DNA of 64,000 nucleotides from assembly GCA_951406725.2 (NCBI GenBank), contig OX597831.1:8432001-8496000 (forward strand), in the 5' to 3' direction. Shown here in pieces: positions 1 to 12,478 of the stretch. Under the pieces are notes generated by a model, which did no database searches, was not told where the DNA came from, and was given only the letters and a program-made list of their open reading frames with translations. How positions within the stretch are numbered: the stretch's first letter is position 1; the number at the start of each line of letters is the position of its first letter. The translations under genes were made by a program, and so were the position numbers. This stretch comes from Octopus vulgaris. Its lineage: Eukaryota.

Positions 1-328
1 ACCAATGCCTTGTGAGTGGATTTGGTAGATGGAAACTGAAAGAAGCCTGTCGTGTGCTATTAAGTTAGACATGGCCTGGGCCAATAATGGCCGAAACCTA
101 TCAAAGTATCAAAGTATGTATATGTTTGTGTGTCTGTGTTTGTCCTTCTAGCATTGCTTGACAACCGATGCTGGTGTGTTTACATCCCCGTCACTTAGCG
201 GTTCGGCAAAAGAGACCGATAGAATAAGTACTGGGCCTACAAATAATAAGTCCCGGGGTCGATTTGCTCGACTAAAGACGGTGCTCCAGCATGGCCGCAG
301 TCAAATGACTGAAACAAGTAAAAGAGTA
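1..328 (+). mobile_element. SINE family A, cut at the window edge
   Basis: Near-identical to 12168-12478. Confidence 0.8.
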
Positions 329-1986
329 TGTATATATATAAAGTAATGTAAACAGCTTGGTGCAATATAAGATCATAGAGAAAAAAATTTTATTGTCACT
401 AATTGTGAGTGAAGGGTGCTTCAGCACTGTGTGTGTGCGTGTGTTGGCGATATAATATTGACAGATGTTTGTAGGTCAATATGTGTATGTAGAGGGTATC
501 TGTTGACATTTAATCTTGCATTTGGGTTTGTGGGTGGAGTCCAGTTTGTTGCTTCACACAAGCTTGTGTTTATGTGTGTGTTTGTTTATGCTGTGAAATC
601 TCTTCGCCACCCAAACTCTTTTTTTTCCTCTTGCTTTCCCTCTTCATTGATTTTCTCCATCACCCTCCACCTCACCCCCACCATTAGTTGAATAATATAA
701 TGCACACATTATCTCTGTCAACTTTCTACAGGAACACACACACACAACTTGTAAGTATCCTTAGAGAGACTCCCATCCTGTTGGTTACGGCTGAAATGCC
801 TTTGACCAATAACTCCAATCAACTGATATTGCTTAGTGTGATTTGGGGCTGGCAACATGTATTAATTAAATATTGAATATTGTTATTATTATTAGGGTGG
901 TGAGCTGGCAGAATTGTTAGCACACTGGATGAAATGCTTAGCGGTATTTCGCCTGTTGCAGGTGAGTTCAAATTCCACCGAGGTCAACTTTGTCTTTCAT
1001 CCTTTCAGGGTCGATAAATTAAGTACCAGTAAAACACTGGAGTTGATGCAATTGATTATCCCCCGCTCCTCCAAATTTCAGGCCTTGTGCCTATAGTAGA
1101 GAGGATTATTATTATTATTAAGGTGGCGAGCTAACAGAATCCTTATTGTGCTGGCCAAAATGGTTGGCGGCATTTGTCTGTCTTTACATTCTGATTTCAA
1201 ATTCAGCCAAGGTCAGCTTTGCCTTTCATCCTTTCAAGGTTGATAAAATAAACTGATAGAATTGTTATCACGCCGGGCAAAATGCTTAGTGGTATTTTGT
1301 CTGTTACTTTGTTCTGAGTTCAAATTCTGCTGAGGTTGACTTTGCCTTTCATCCTTTCAGGGGGTCAATAAATTAAGTACCAGTAAAACACTGGGGTTGA
1401 TGTAATCGACTTGTCCCCTCCCCCAAAATTTCGGGCTTTGTGCCTTTAGTAGAAAGTATTTGTGTTATTTTTCATTTCGTTTCAAAGTTTCCTGTCTTCA
1501 GACCCTAAATGTAATTTTCTAATTTTTATGTATGTCATTTACTTAATTAAACTAAATTTCACAGTATTTGACCTTTTGTTTGTATGAAGTTTTAAAAACT
1601 GTTTGAAATCTCAATAAATTGAATTTCATTATTTAAACAATCATATTATGTTAGGTTAGTTTTCTTTTGTTTGTTTTAAATGGTAACAATCAAAGCTGGA
1701 ATTTGTTGTGCCATTCACATATTCTAATTAAAATTTTTTTCTAATTCTGTAATGTTGTAAATATCACAAACCCACTTTCATTGAAGCATCTACATTTGAA
1801 TCAAATCATTTTGAAGTTTATTGATCACTGTAATTATTTCTAGATAAGCTAATGCCTTTACACAGTTGCTTTAGCTGCTAGAAATAGCGGCAAATCTCCC
1901 TCAAACCACACCATAGCATCTTTAAAAAGTAGGAGGGCATGTTGAATAATGTGGTTTTGATAACGAGAAGGGATGATGATGATGAT

Positions 1987-2520
1987 CATCATCATCATCG
2001 TTTAACGTCCGTTTTCCATGCTAGCACAGGTTGGACGGTTCGACCGGGGTCTGGGAAGCCAGGCAGCTACACCAGGCTCCAGTCTGATCTGGCAGTGTTT
2101 CTGCAGCTGGATGCTCTTCCTAACGCCAACCACTCCGTGAGTGTAGTGGGTGCTTTTTACATGCCACCGGCACAAGTGCCAGGGGAGGCTGGCAGCGGCC
2201 ATGATCGGTTGGTGCTTTTTACGTGCCACCGGCACAGAAGCCAGTCAGGCCACGTTCGGATGGTGCTTTTACGTGCCACCGGCACAAGTGCCAGGGAGGC
2301 TGGCAGCGGCCATGATCGGTTGGTGCTTTTTACGTGCCACTGGCACAGAAGCCAGTCAGGCCACGTTCGGATGGTGCTTTTTACGTGCCACCGGCACAAG
2401 TGCCAGGGGAGGCTGGCAGCGGCCATGATCGGTTGGTGCTTTTTACGTGCCACTGGCACAGAAGCCAGTCAGGCCACGTTCGGATGGTGCTTTTTACGTG
2501 CCACCGGCACAGGCATCACC
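1987..2520 (-). mobile_element. (GAT)n-tailed element with several internal modules in tandem
   Basis: (CAT)n then CGTTTAACGTCCG...CAGCTGGATGC...; two alternating module variants repeated three times from 2150 to 2510. Confidence 0.85.
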
Positions 2521-4106
2521 ACAATTGGAAAGCGCTTTGGTCATATGTCTGACCACTGTGCTGGACAACAACTCCTTTTAATTTTGTTTATGCATTATAC
2601 TTATGTACATACGTACATATGCATGCATGCTGGTGTTACATAAGAACACACCTGTGCTGGTGCCACATGAAAATCTCCCATGTTGGTACCACATAAAATG
2701 CATCCAGTATACTCTGTAAAGTGGTAGGCATAAGGAAGGGCATCCAGCTGTAGAAACCATGCCACAAGAAACAACTGGAGCCTGGTGCAACTTGCCTGTT
2801 TGCCAGACTGGTCAAACCACCCAACCCATGCCAGCATGGAAAACAGACACTAGATGATGATGATGATGATGATGATGATATATATTGACGGTGCATATAG
2901 ATATAAAGAGAAATGGTTAATGAATAAATCTTATTGAACTGCTCGTCTAGTCATATTGACTCGTTGGCAGCTTAATTAATTCAGCATAGTTTGAATAGTT
3001 TTTGTCAATATCCATAGACTGTCTTTGTTGGAAATTGTCCTTCATAATATTTTAATGCTACTTGGGTGGTTGTCTGTTGGCTGGAATAGAATGCACTGGG
3101 CTAAATGTTTGTAGTTGTTGTGTTGAGAGAACAAATATAACAGAGTAGTCAGGAGATGAAACAAACAGATAGGAGTGACTGCCACCACTGACTCTGTTTA
3201 GCCAGTTTTTATCAGAGACCACTATTATAATCAGGGTAGAGCCATATCTTCAGTTATTAGTACACTGTACAACCATTCACTGTATGGTGGTGGTGGTGGT
3301 TCTATGTGGTCATTGAACCTGTTACAAACAGCAGTCAGATCTCTCTTTAATTCTAATTTTGGTACAAGGCCAGTTATTTTGAGGAGACAGGGAGGAAGTC
3401 AATTAGGTTGACACCAGTGCTTTCAGCTGGTGCTTATTTTATCAAACCCCTAAAGGATGATTGGCAAAAGTTAACCTCAGCCACATTTGAACTCGGAATG
3501 TTAAGAACTAGAAGAAAAGTACCATGGCATTTTTTTCTGGCACTGTAATGAGTCTACCAGCTCACTGCACTTTTGTCATATCTCTTTTGGTACCAACTCC
3601 CTTAACACCCTGAAACTACCCCTGATTCTCTGAAACAAACTTCCTATTTTAGAGTGATCAAAATTAAAATTTTCCAAAGAACCGTTTATTTTTCTTCGTA
3701 TTTTACAACTATTAATCTGTCCCTCTCAATCTTGCTTTACCCTCCCCTATCATCCTGCCTAGAACCTTTACTCACTCATTTTCTTTCAGTTAAAAGGGCC
3801 ACTTTAGGCAATTAATCTTGAAAGTTGATTCCACTAGTGCTGGTGCCATGAGGAAATAAAAAGTAGCCACTACATTTTATATAGTGCTCGGAACCAGAAA
3901 GAGCATCGAGCTATAGAAACTGTGCTGAAGCAGACATTAGAGCCCAACGCTGTTCTCTGACTTGTCCTCTGCTGTTGATCTGTCCACCTCTTGCCAGCAT
4001 GGTAGATGGGTGAAACATAAATGCACACACATGTGCATCCTTCCCCCCATGCACATGGAGATGTATGATGGCCTTTTGCATAGTTTCTGTCTATTATATT
4101 CCATGC

Positions 4107-4339
4107 GGGCTGCGAGCTGGCAGACACGTTAGCGCGCTGGGTGAAATGCTTAGCGGTATTTCGTCTGTCGTTACGTTCTGGGTTCAAATTCCGCCGAGGT
4201 CGACTTTGCCTTTCATCCTTTCTGGGTCGATAAATAAAGTACCAGTTTCGCACTGGGGGTCGATGTAATCGACTTAATTCTTTTATCTGTCCTTGTTTGT
4301 CCCCTCTATGTTTAGCCCCTTGTAGGCAATAAAGAAATA
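4107..4339 (+). mobile_element. SINE family B with target-site duplication
   Basis: GCGAGCTGGCAGA...GTTCAAATTCCGCCGAGGTCGACTTTGCCTTTCATCCTTT...AAGTACCAG; flanked by direct repeat TATATTCCATGC (4095-4106, 4340-4351); related copies near 895, 1120, 8868, 21265, 26655. Confidence 0.85.
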
Positions 4340-4594
4340 TATATTCCATGCAGTAAAGCATCAACCAGACTTTGGTTAGAGAAGATGTCACTTGCCCAAA
4401 GTACCATGTTATGCAATTGAACTGGGAAGCACGGGATTCTGAAGCAAGTTCCTTAACCTCACATCCCTGCTTGGTGAAAATGCAATTTCAGTGATGCAAC
4501 GGATTGACTTGCTGCACTTGACTCTCACAGTGCACATCTTTCACTGCTTTACATTGGTAGGAAACAATGTGTGGTGTCGTGCAGGTACATACCT

Positions 4595-4794
4595 ATTTCT
4601 TTACTACCCACAAGGGGCTACACACACAGGGGACAAATGAAGACAGACAAACGGATTAAGTCGATTATATCGACCCCGAAAGGATGAAAAGCAAAGTTGA
4701 CCTCAGCGGAATATGAACTCAGAACGTAGCAGCAGACGAAATACCACAAAGCATTTCGCCCAGCGTGCTAACGTTTCTGCCAGCTTTCTGCCTT
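4595..4794 (-). mobile_element. SINE family B, internally deleted, with 15-bp TSD
   Basis: Reverse-complement match to 4107-4339; TGCAGGTACATACCT at 4580-4594 and 4795-4809. Confidence 0.85.
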
Positions 4795-6051
4795 TGCAGG
4801 TACATACCTGTATTACATATAGATATGTAATACATGTTATACATCTGTGTGGTTAAGAAGTTTGCTTCTAAACCACATGGTTTCAGATTCAGTCCCTGTG
4901 CTTGGCATCTTGAGCAAGATTCTTCTACAACAGCTCCAGGCTGACTGAAGTCTTCCGAGTGGATTTGGAAGATAGAAACTGAAGAAGCCCATCGTGTGTG
5001 TGTGTCGGTTGGTCGGTCGTTGTAAATGAGTGTTGCTGCCATGCATACAGTGTCATCCATTTCCAGTATTCTATAAAAACATGTCTGGCTTTGGGAAAAT
5101 ATTACTTTGCTTAGAAACAGGTGAGGGTTGGCGACAAGAAGGGATCTGGCCATAGAAAATCTGCTTCAAGAAAAATATCCATCTGACCCGTGCAAGCATA
5201 GGAAAAGGGGGGTGGGGTCATGGAAATAAAGACAATGATGATATATACATACATATAAAAGCAAATGCATGCAACAGCTTTCCAAGTAGTTCCCATGCAT
5301 GAAATCCCACTCTCAGATCATTGCTATGGTGGGACATGCTATCCAGACAATCTCGGTAGAAACTGCTGAGATTAAAGACCAGTGCTTTCTAGATGTTTAA
5401 AGCTCACACTGTTCAACATTTTGAATTGTTACTGGGCTATTTTTTTTTTTTTATTTTAAATTTCAATTTAGCTTTTAAATTATAGCCTTTGTGTTGCATC
5501 CAACACCTGGACCGTACAACAATTGTCTCCTTGTGAAGTTACAACAGAAATAAAACACCTGTCATGTGAAATATTCACATATATGAATATATACATGCAG
5601 GTACACATAAGACATTTTAGACTAAAGAACAAAATAACTGTTGTCAGATTTCAAGATGACACAAAATGATTGAGAGAGAGAGAGAGATGATGATGGTGGT
5701 GGTGGTGGCGATTGGAGAAGGGCGGGCAGGCTACGCTGTAGAACCTGTCTAACTAAATCTTGCCAACCTGAGAGTGGGATAGGAACAATGATAATGTTGA
5801 CTGCCCCTGAACAAAATACACAATGATAAGAGTGCAGTTGTTAGTACAGGATTACTGGCTTGAAAACCTTAAGAGTTTAAATTCTAACACCAACCTTCTC
5901 TCCTTCCCGTGTGTGATTGTCTTTTTAGCTCTAAAGGCTGTGAAGTTGATAACAACAAAAAACAAAAGTGTCAAGGAGGAGAAAGTGAAGCAAAGAATAA
6001 GTTAGAAGAAAAGGCTTTAATACAGCAGATTGTGTTGCTTGCTTTGTAGTA

Positions 6052-6436
6052 CAGTAATCCGTCACCAAATTGCAGTTCACTTATTGCGGTTTATTATTTA
6101 AGCTTACGTCAATTCCTCCGTGGTGTTGTTTTGCATCTATAATAAAATAAATATATATTATCATCATCGTTTAATGTCCGCTCTCCATGCTAGCATGGGT
6201 TGGACGGTTTGACCGGGATCTGGGAAGCCAGAAGGCTGCACCAGGCTCCAGTCTGATCTGGCAGTGTTTCTACAGCTGGATGCCCTTCCTAACGAGGATA
6301 CCCTTCCTAACGAGATGCCCTTTATACAAATTATAAAAATAATATACAGTACAGTACTGTTTCTACTTTGTGGATTTTCACCTATTGCGGTGGGGTTTTG
6401 GACTGTAACCCCCCCACAATAGTTGAGGGATTATTG
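6052..6436. mobile_element. Tigger/pogo-like MITE with nested (GAT)n-tailed fragment (about 6160-6320)
   Basis: TA-CAGTAATCC...GGATTATTG-TA degenerate inverted termini. Confidence 0.55.
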
Positions 6437-7822
6437 TATTTCTTCTAGCTCCTTTATATTCTGAGTTCAAATTTCGCCAAGGTTGACTTTGCCGTTCATC
6501 CTTCTGGGATCAACGAAATAGGTTCCAGCTGAGCATTTGGGTTGATGTAATTAATTAGCGCCTTCCCATAAAATATCAATGACTTCATCAATGACCTGCC
6601 TTGTGAACTGAATGTGTTGACAGAAAACAAGCTTGTCTGGTGTGTGTGTGTCCAGAGCTGGATGTGGTGATGTCATTTCTCTTGTCACCAAATACTGTTG
6701 GTTGTGTACCTTCAAAGATGTGCAAAATAAGAGATCCTTTACTTGAACAACAGGTAAGGGTTAGCAACAGGAAAGGTATCCAGCTGTAAAACCCTATAAT
6801 CATCTAACCATTACGAACATGGACAAAACAAACACAAGAATGAATGAATTTACAATTTCTTGCAGTGATTCTATGTTACAAGACTGTCTTGCCACCCTTT
6901 CCTCCTTTCAGTAACAAAACAATGAGACATCTGTTAATTGCACAGTGCTCCTTCTGTCTGCAACAGTGGACTTAATACTCTCTCATGGTATACAAGCGGA
7001 AAGAAGAAAAATTGGTGTATCGTTGATAGTAGCACTTGATTCTATGACAAGGTAGGACTGAATAGTAAGCCTGACCCCATCAGCTCTGTTTCATTTAGAT
7101 CTGTGGTGTGAGGATAAGTCTGTTGAGTAAGATATTTCCAAATATGTCCATCTTGTCTTTGTGTGATATGACAGCGTCTCAATATTTATGACTAAGATGG
7201 CAAGTTAGCAGAATTGTTAACATCTCAGACAAAACACTTAATGGCATTTCTTCCTACCCCTTAAGTTCTGGGTTTGAATTCTACCAAGGTGAACTTTGTC
7301 ATTCATGCTTTCAAGGTTGATAAAGTACGTACCACTTGGCCATTGATGTCGATATAATTGGCTCCCACCAAAACGACTGACCTTGTGCCAAAATTAGAAA
7401 TATTTAAGACTAGAAGCATGCTTTGTTGAGAGAGAGATTTCAGCACTGACAGATTTTTATCTGCTTCTAGTTGCTGATATTCATTGAATGGTCTCCAGCT
7501 CTTCCTTGCCTTTCTCTATTCTGGTTACCATTTCAGAATTTACTTAATTCTTACTTTACAATCATCTCATGTTCTTGACATTTGAGCCGCTGTCCTTATC
7601 GCAAACAATATAATATTACTTTTTCTTTTTTTATCTCTGCTTAAGTTAATCTCATTTATTAGGCAAAAATTTTTTTAATTCTCTCTGCTTGGAGAATATC
7701 TGCATAAATTATGCTTTCATCTTGAAATGACCTGATCTTTTTTTTTCATATATATGTTAAAGCCCATCTTTGTGGGTTTTGTGCTGTTTTAGATTCAGAC
7801 AGCATTCCTCACACCTTTTTGC

Positions 7823-7865
<43 letters not shown>

Positions 7866-8867
7866 TTCCTCTGTCTTTCCTTCTCCTTTGTTTCCGACGA
7901 AGAGGTCCGCTCGAAACGTTAAACCCTCCTTCTTCCCTTCTTTCCTGAGCATCCAATAATACTTTATTTGTTCCACGTCCTCGCGTTGCTGTGTTTTTTT
8001 GTGTTTTCTTGTTTGGATTAACTTTATATATATATATATAAAAGACTTCACTGTCTTTAGGAAATCTATTTTCCTTCATGATGTGGTGAAGGAATTCATT
8101 TTCCAACCATGTGATTTCAGGGTCAGTCCCACTGTGTAGCACCTTGAGCAATTACCTTATGTCACCCAAAACCTTGTGGGTGGTTTTGGTTGACGGAAAC
8201 TGAAAGAAAGTTCATTGTGTATATCTGTATGTGTTTGTGTGTGTCTGAGTGAGCTGATATTGCCCTCATTTAATATGCGTTCACTCACTGATTGTAAACA
8301 GTGGCTTTGCTAACAGTGTTGTTTCCTTGCAGTCCACCACAAAAACATGTCTGGGCTTTTTGATATGTTGCATGATCTTTGTAAACAAAAAGTTCATTTA
8401 TACGGTGTAATTTGTTTCCAGTTCTCCATATAAACATATCTGGGCTGTTTATGTTTGATAGACAGGGAGATTATTGCCTCACTTGGAAACAAAAGGGGAT
8501 TGATGACTAGGAGGGCATCCTACCATGGGAGGCTGTCACCCAACAAGCACTCATTTGAGTCAACACAAGCATGGAAAAGTAAATGTTAAAACAGTGATGA
8601 TGTGCTGGAGTGTAACCTGTCATGTGGGTCAGCTAATGTTAGAGATGTACTTGGGTCACTGCAACTAACATCAGGTGATATTGCATAGGTATGATAACGA
8701 CAATGTTACTATTTTTCAAATTTTATAGTAGTTTTACAAAATAATGGAATAAATGATAATTTTGAAAATAAAAGGGTTTATTAAATTTGTAATGTAATTA
8801 AAACAAAATTCTCATTTGTATATTTACAATAAATATACATTCTCAATAACAATATTATCGTTTAACG

Positions 8868-9080
8868 AGGCGGCGAGCTGGCAGAAACGTTAGCACGCCG
8901 GACGAAATGCGTAGCCGTATTTTGTCTGTCTTTTACGTTCTGAGTTCAAATTCCGCCGAGTTTCACTTTGCCGTTCATCCTTTCAGCGTCAATAAAGTAC
9001 CAGTTGCGTACTGGGGTTGATCTAATCTACTGGCCCCTTCCCCCAAAATTTCGGGCCTGGTGTCAAGAGTAGAAAAGAAT
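8868..9080 (+). mobile_element. SINE family B
   Basis: Same head and body as the 4107 copy. Confidence 0.75.
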
Positions 9081-12056
9081 ATTACTGTTTAGCTATCAAT
9101 TAAGGACATGTTACATTACCTCATACTACCAACATTGGCAACAGTATGTCTCAACACAACCTGTTGTATGACAGGTAATACTAGTTACCAAGGGAGGTAA
9201 ATGCCTTGAGTTATCTCCCATTGGGGGATGGACAAACAGAGAACACTGCCAATTATATTGATAGGTGTTTGTGCGAATATTTTTTTTATCATTTGAGCTG
9301 TTATTTCACCTCAGGACAGTCTTGGCTGCTATTACCAACAAGTTAAGTAACCATGTTGTGCTTTTACGTTAACTTGTGAGAACAGTTGATTTTTACTGTT
9401 GACTGCTTGCTAAGTTATTCAGAACTTATAATTAAAGTGGAGGTACCAGTTGTGAGGATTAACATAGCTACTATAATCGCCCTACAGATTTTTTATTAAC
9501 TCTTTAAGACCTGTATGTCAAGGCACCACAACTGTTACAATTGAGCCACATGTAACCACAGTTCAAATTGGGGTCAGAAAATGGAAACTATGCATTCTTC
9601 TGTGTGAGAAACAAAATTTAGTCTTGTTTCAATAAGTACTTCCTCTTTACACTTCTTGCATTCATTTTTTTTCTTTTGTTTATTGAATGTTTTGGATTTT
9701 TTTTTGTCTGTTTCTGGGGATAATTCAAGCAGTGAGTTAGAATTTGGTGATATTCTTTTCTTGTGTTAGTCATTGGACAGTGGCCATGCTGGGGCACCGC
9801 CTTGAAAGGTTTAATCAAAGAAATTGACCCCAGTGCTATTTAAAAAAAAAATTAAATCTGGTACTTATTCCATTGGTGTTTTTTTATTGAACTGCTAAGC
9901 TGTGGGGTTTAAACAAACCTACACCGGCTGTCAAGCTGTAGTGGGGGGTGGGGACAATTATGCATGTGCACCCGTACAAACTACATTGAGTTTTAAATTT
10001 TAATGAAGGAATTATTTTAGTAAAACTTGTCAGTACAATCTTTTAAACAAAAGTTATTTTAATATTTGCTACAGTTTGAGTAATTGTTAAAAGGGCACCA
10101 TTCGAGCGTGATCGTTACCAACGTCGCTTCACTGGTACCTGTGCCGTAGCACGTGTAAAAAGATTCGTGCGGGGTCATTGCCAGTACCGCCTGACTGGCC
10201 CCCATGCCGGTGGCACGTAAAAAGCACCCACTACACTCTCGGAGTGGTTGGCGTTAGGGAGGGCATCCAGCTGTAGAAACACTGCCAGATCAAGATTGGA
10301 GCCTGGTGCAGCCATCTGGTTCGCCAGGCCTCTGTCAAAATCGTCCAACCCATGCTAGCATGGAAAGCGGATGTTAAACGATGATGATGATGTTGATACG
10401 AGTGATGTTACTGCGATCAGCCGTTGGCATACTGTTCAATATGTGTCAATGTGCTTCAGTGCTCATCTGGCTTATTTCCTTTGAAGAAATCAATGGAAAA
10501 TGTTGGCAATATTGATAATTAATTTTATTTACAAAGAAATCACGTTTAAGCACCATTTCAACATATTTTTCTCTTTCATATCATTTGTTATGGAATGAAA
10601 GGAATCAAAAAAAAAAAAATTGCTTTCATTCATTCTTTGAGTTTTGAACAAGAACACTAATGGTTTCAATGTATGTTAATATCTGCTACAAGTCTGGTGC
10701 CATTGTAGATTTTGTCACTGCCAAGAACAAATCTGTTTTGCAAAAGACAAAACAATCTCTTTTAAGTGTTATTACTTTATTATTGCAATAATAATACTTT
10801 ATTATTATTATTATTATTATTTTATTTAACCATAAAATTAATTCTAAATTACTTGGAATTGTCAGTTTTGTTCAGTTCTTTTACATTTCGAAACAAAAAT
10901 TAAAAGAAAATACGTAGAAGAAAAATAAAAACCTGGGCTTCCCCTGCATCTGAACAGTTCTGGATTAATTTCCTGAATGGTAGCAATTCCTCTTAACCAA
11001 AACTCGATTCTTCGGTTGCTTTAATTTATCGATCAATAGAATCTTTAACCTTCAAGGAAACAATTTCCAATACTGTGATTCTGATGGTGATGGTTAGGAT
11101 TAGGATTCCTAAGCAGTGCTAAAACGAGCCTCTACCATAGTGACAGTAGGCACTTTATCCGTTTTTCCATGCTGGCATGGGTTGGATGGTTTGACTGGAG
11201 CTGGTGAGCTGGAGAGCTGCACCAGGCTTCAGATGTCTGGTGGGGCATGGATTTTAGAGCTGGATGCCCTTCCTAATGTCAACCACTTTGCAGTCTGTAA
11301 TGGGGGCTTTTGTATGTGGCACCAGCATGGTGCCTTTTACGTGGCACCGGCACAGGTGCTTTTTATGTGGCACCTGCACAGGTGCTTTATACATGCCACT
11401 GGCATGAGTGCTTTTCATATGGCACCAATATGTGTGGATACACACCATATATTTTATATATGTGTGTGTGTGTGTGTGTATTTCATAACCAAGAGAAAAA
11501 GTACTCAGTACATGTGAAGTATACGAATTATAGAGATGTAGGCATGTGTTTATGGTTAAGAAGCTCAGTTTGTGACTATGTGGTTTCAGGTTCCGTCCCA
11601 CTGTGTGGTACCTTGCATGCCTTCTATAGCCCTCGGTTAACCAAAACACAAAACACTGTAAGTAGGTCAGCTAAGATGGAGACTGAAAGAAACTTGCAAA
11701 CCTTGTGAGTAGATCTGCTAAGATGGAAACTGAAAGAAGCCTGTTTATTGTGTGTGTGTGTGTGTCCCTTTGTTTTGACATCACGTGATGGCTAAAAATG
11801 AGCACCACTGGTATACAGGTGATGTAGTTTGTTTCTAGCCTCCCATGCAAAAGATTTCGGGCCTTGAGGGAACATTAATCTACTTGGAAACTTTGAGGGT
11901 TGGTGACAGGAAGGGCATCCAGAAGTAGAAAAAATCTTCCTCAGTGAATTCTGCCTGACTCATGCCTGAAAAAGAGAATGCTAAAGGTTGATGATGATGA
12001 TGATATATATGGTATATATGGAGGTGTGTATTATATAATATATATGTATATATATA

Positions 12057-12227
12057 GGCGCAGGAGTGGCTGTGTGGTAAGTAGCTTGCTAACCAACCAC
12101 ATGGTTCTGGGTTCAGTCCCACTGCGTGACATCTTGGGCAAGTGTCTTCTGCTATAGCCCCGGGCCGACCAATGCCTTGTGAGTGGATTTGGTAGATGGA
12201 AACTGAAAGAAGCCTGTCGTATATATG

Positions 12228-12276
<49 letters not shown>

Positions 12277-12478
12277 TTGTCCCCCTAGCATTGCTTGACA
12301 ACCGATGCTGGTGTGTTTACGTCCCCATCACTTAGCGGTTCGGCAAAAGAGACCGATAGAATAAGTACTGGGCTTACAAAGAATAAGTCCTGGGGTCGAT
12401 TTGCTCGACTAAAGGCGGTGCTCCAGCATGGCCGCAGTCAAATGACTGAAACAAGTAAAAGAGTAAAGAGTAAGAGTA
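12057..12478 (+). mobile_element. Full-length tRNA-headed SINE, family A
   Basis: Pol III A/B-box-like head (GGAGTGGCTGTGTGG...GGGTTCAGTCCC), CTTGGGCAAGT body, internal (TA)n/(TG)n, (AAGAGT)n tail; related copies at 1-328, 13206-13560, 19345-19862. Confidence 0.85.

Noticed and set aside
1939-2643. 234-aa ORF and similar LQLDALPNANH-containing ORFs across the window
   Set aside because: Chance translations of the same dispersed repeat, with frames varying between copies.
10669-10791. Short ORF MYVNICYKSGAIVDFVTAKNK... as possible MMS19 first exon
   Set aside because: Only faint resemblance to the MMS19 N-terminus and no credible phase-1 donor site.
12057-12130. tRNA gene
   Set aside because: tRNA-like A/B boxes are the head of a multi-copy SINE; I could not build a full cloverleaf.
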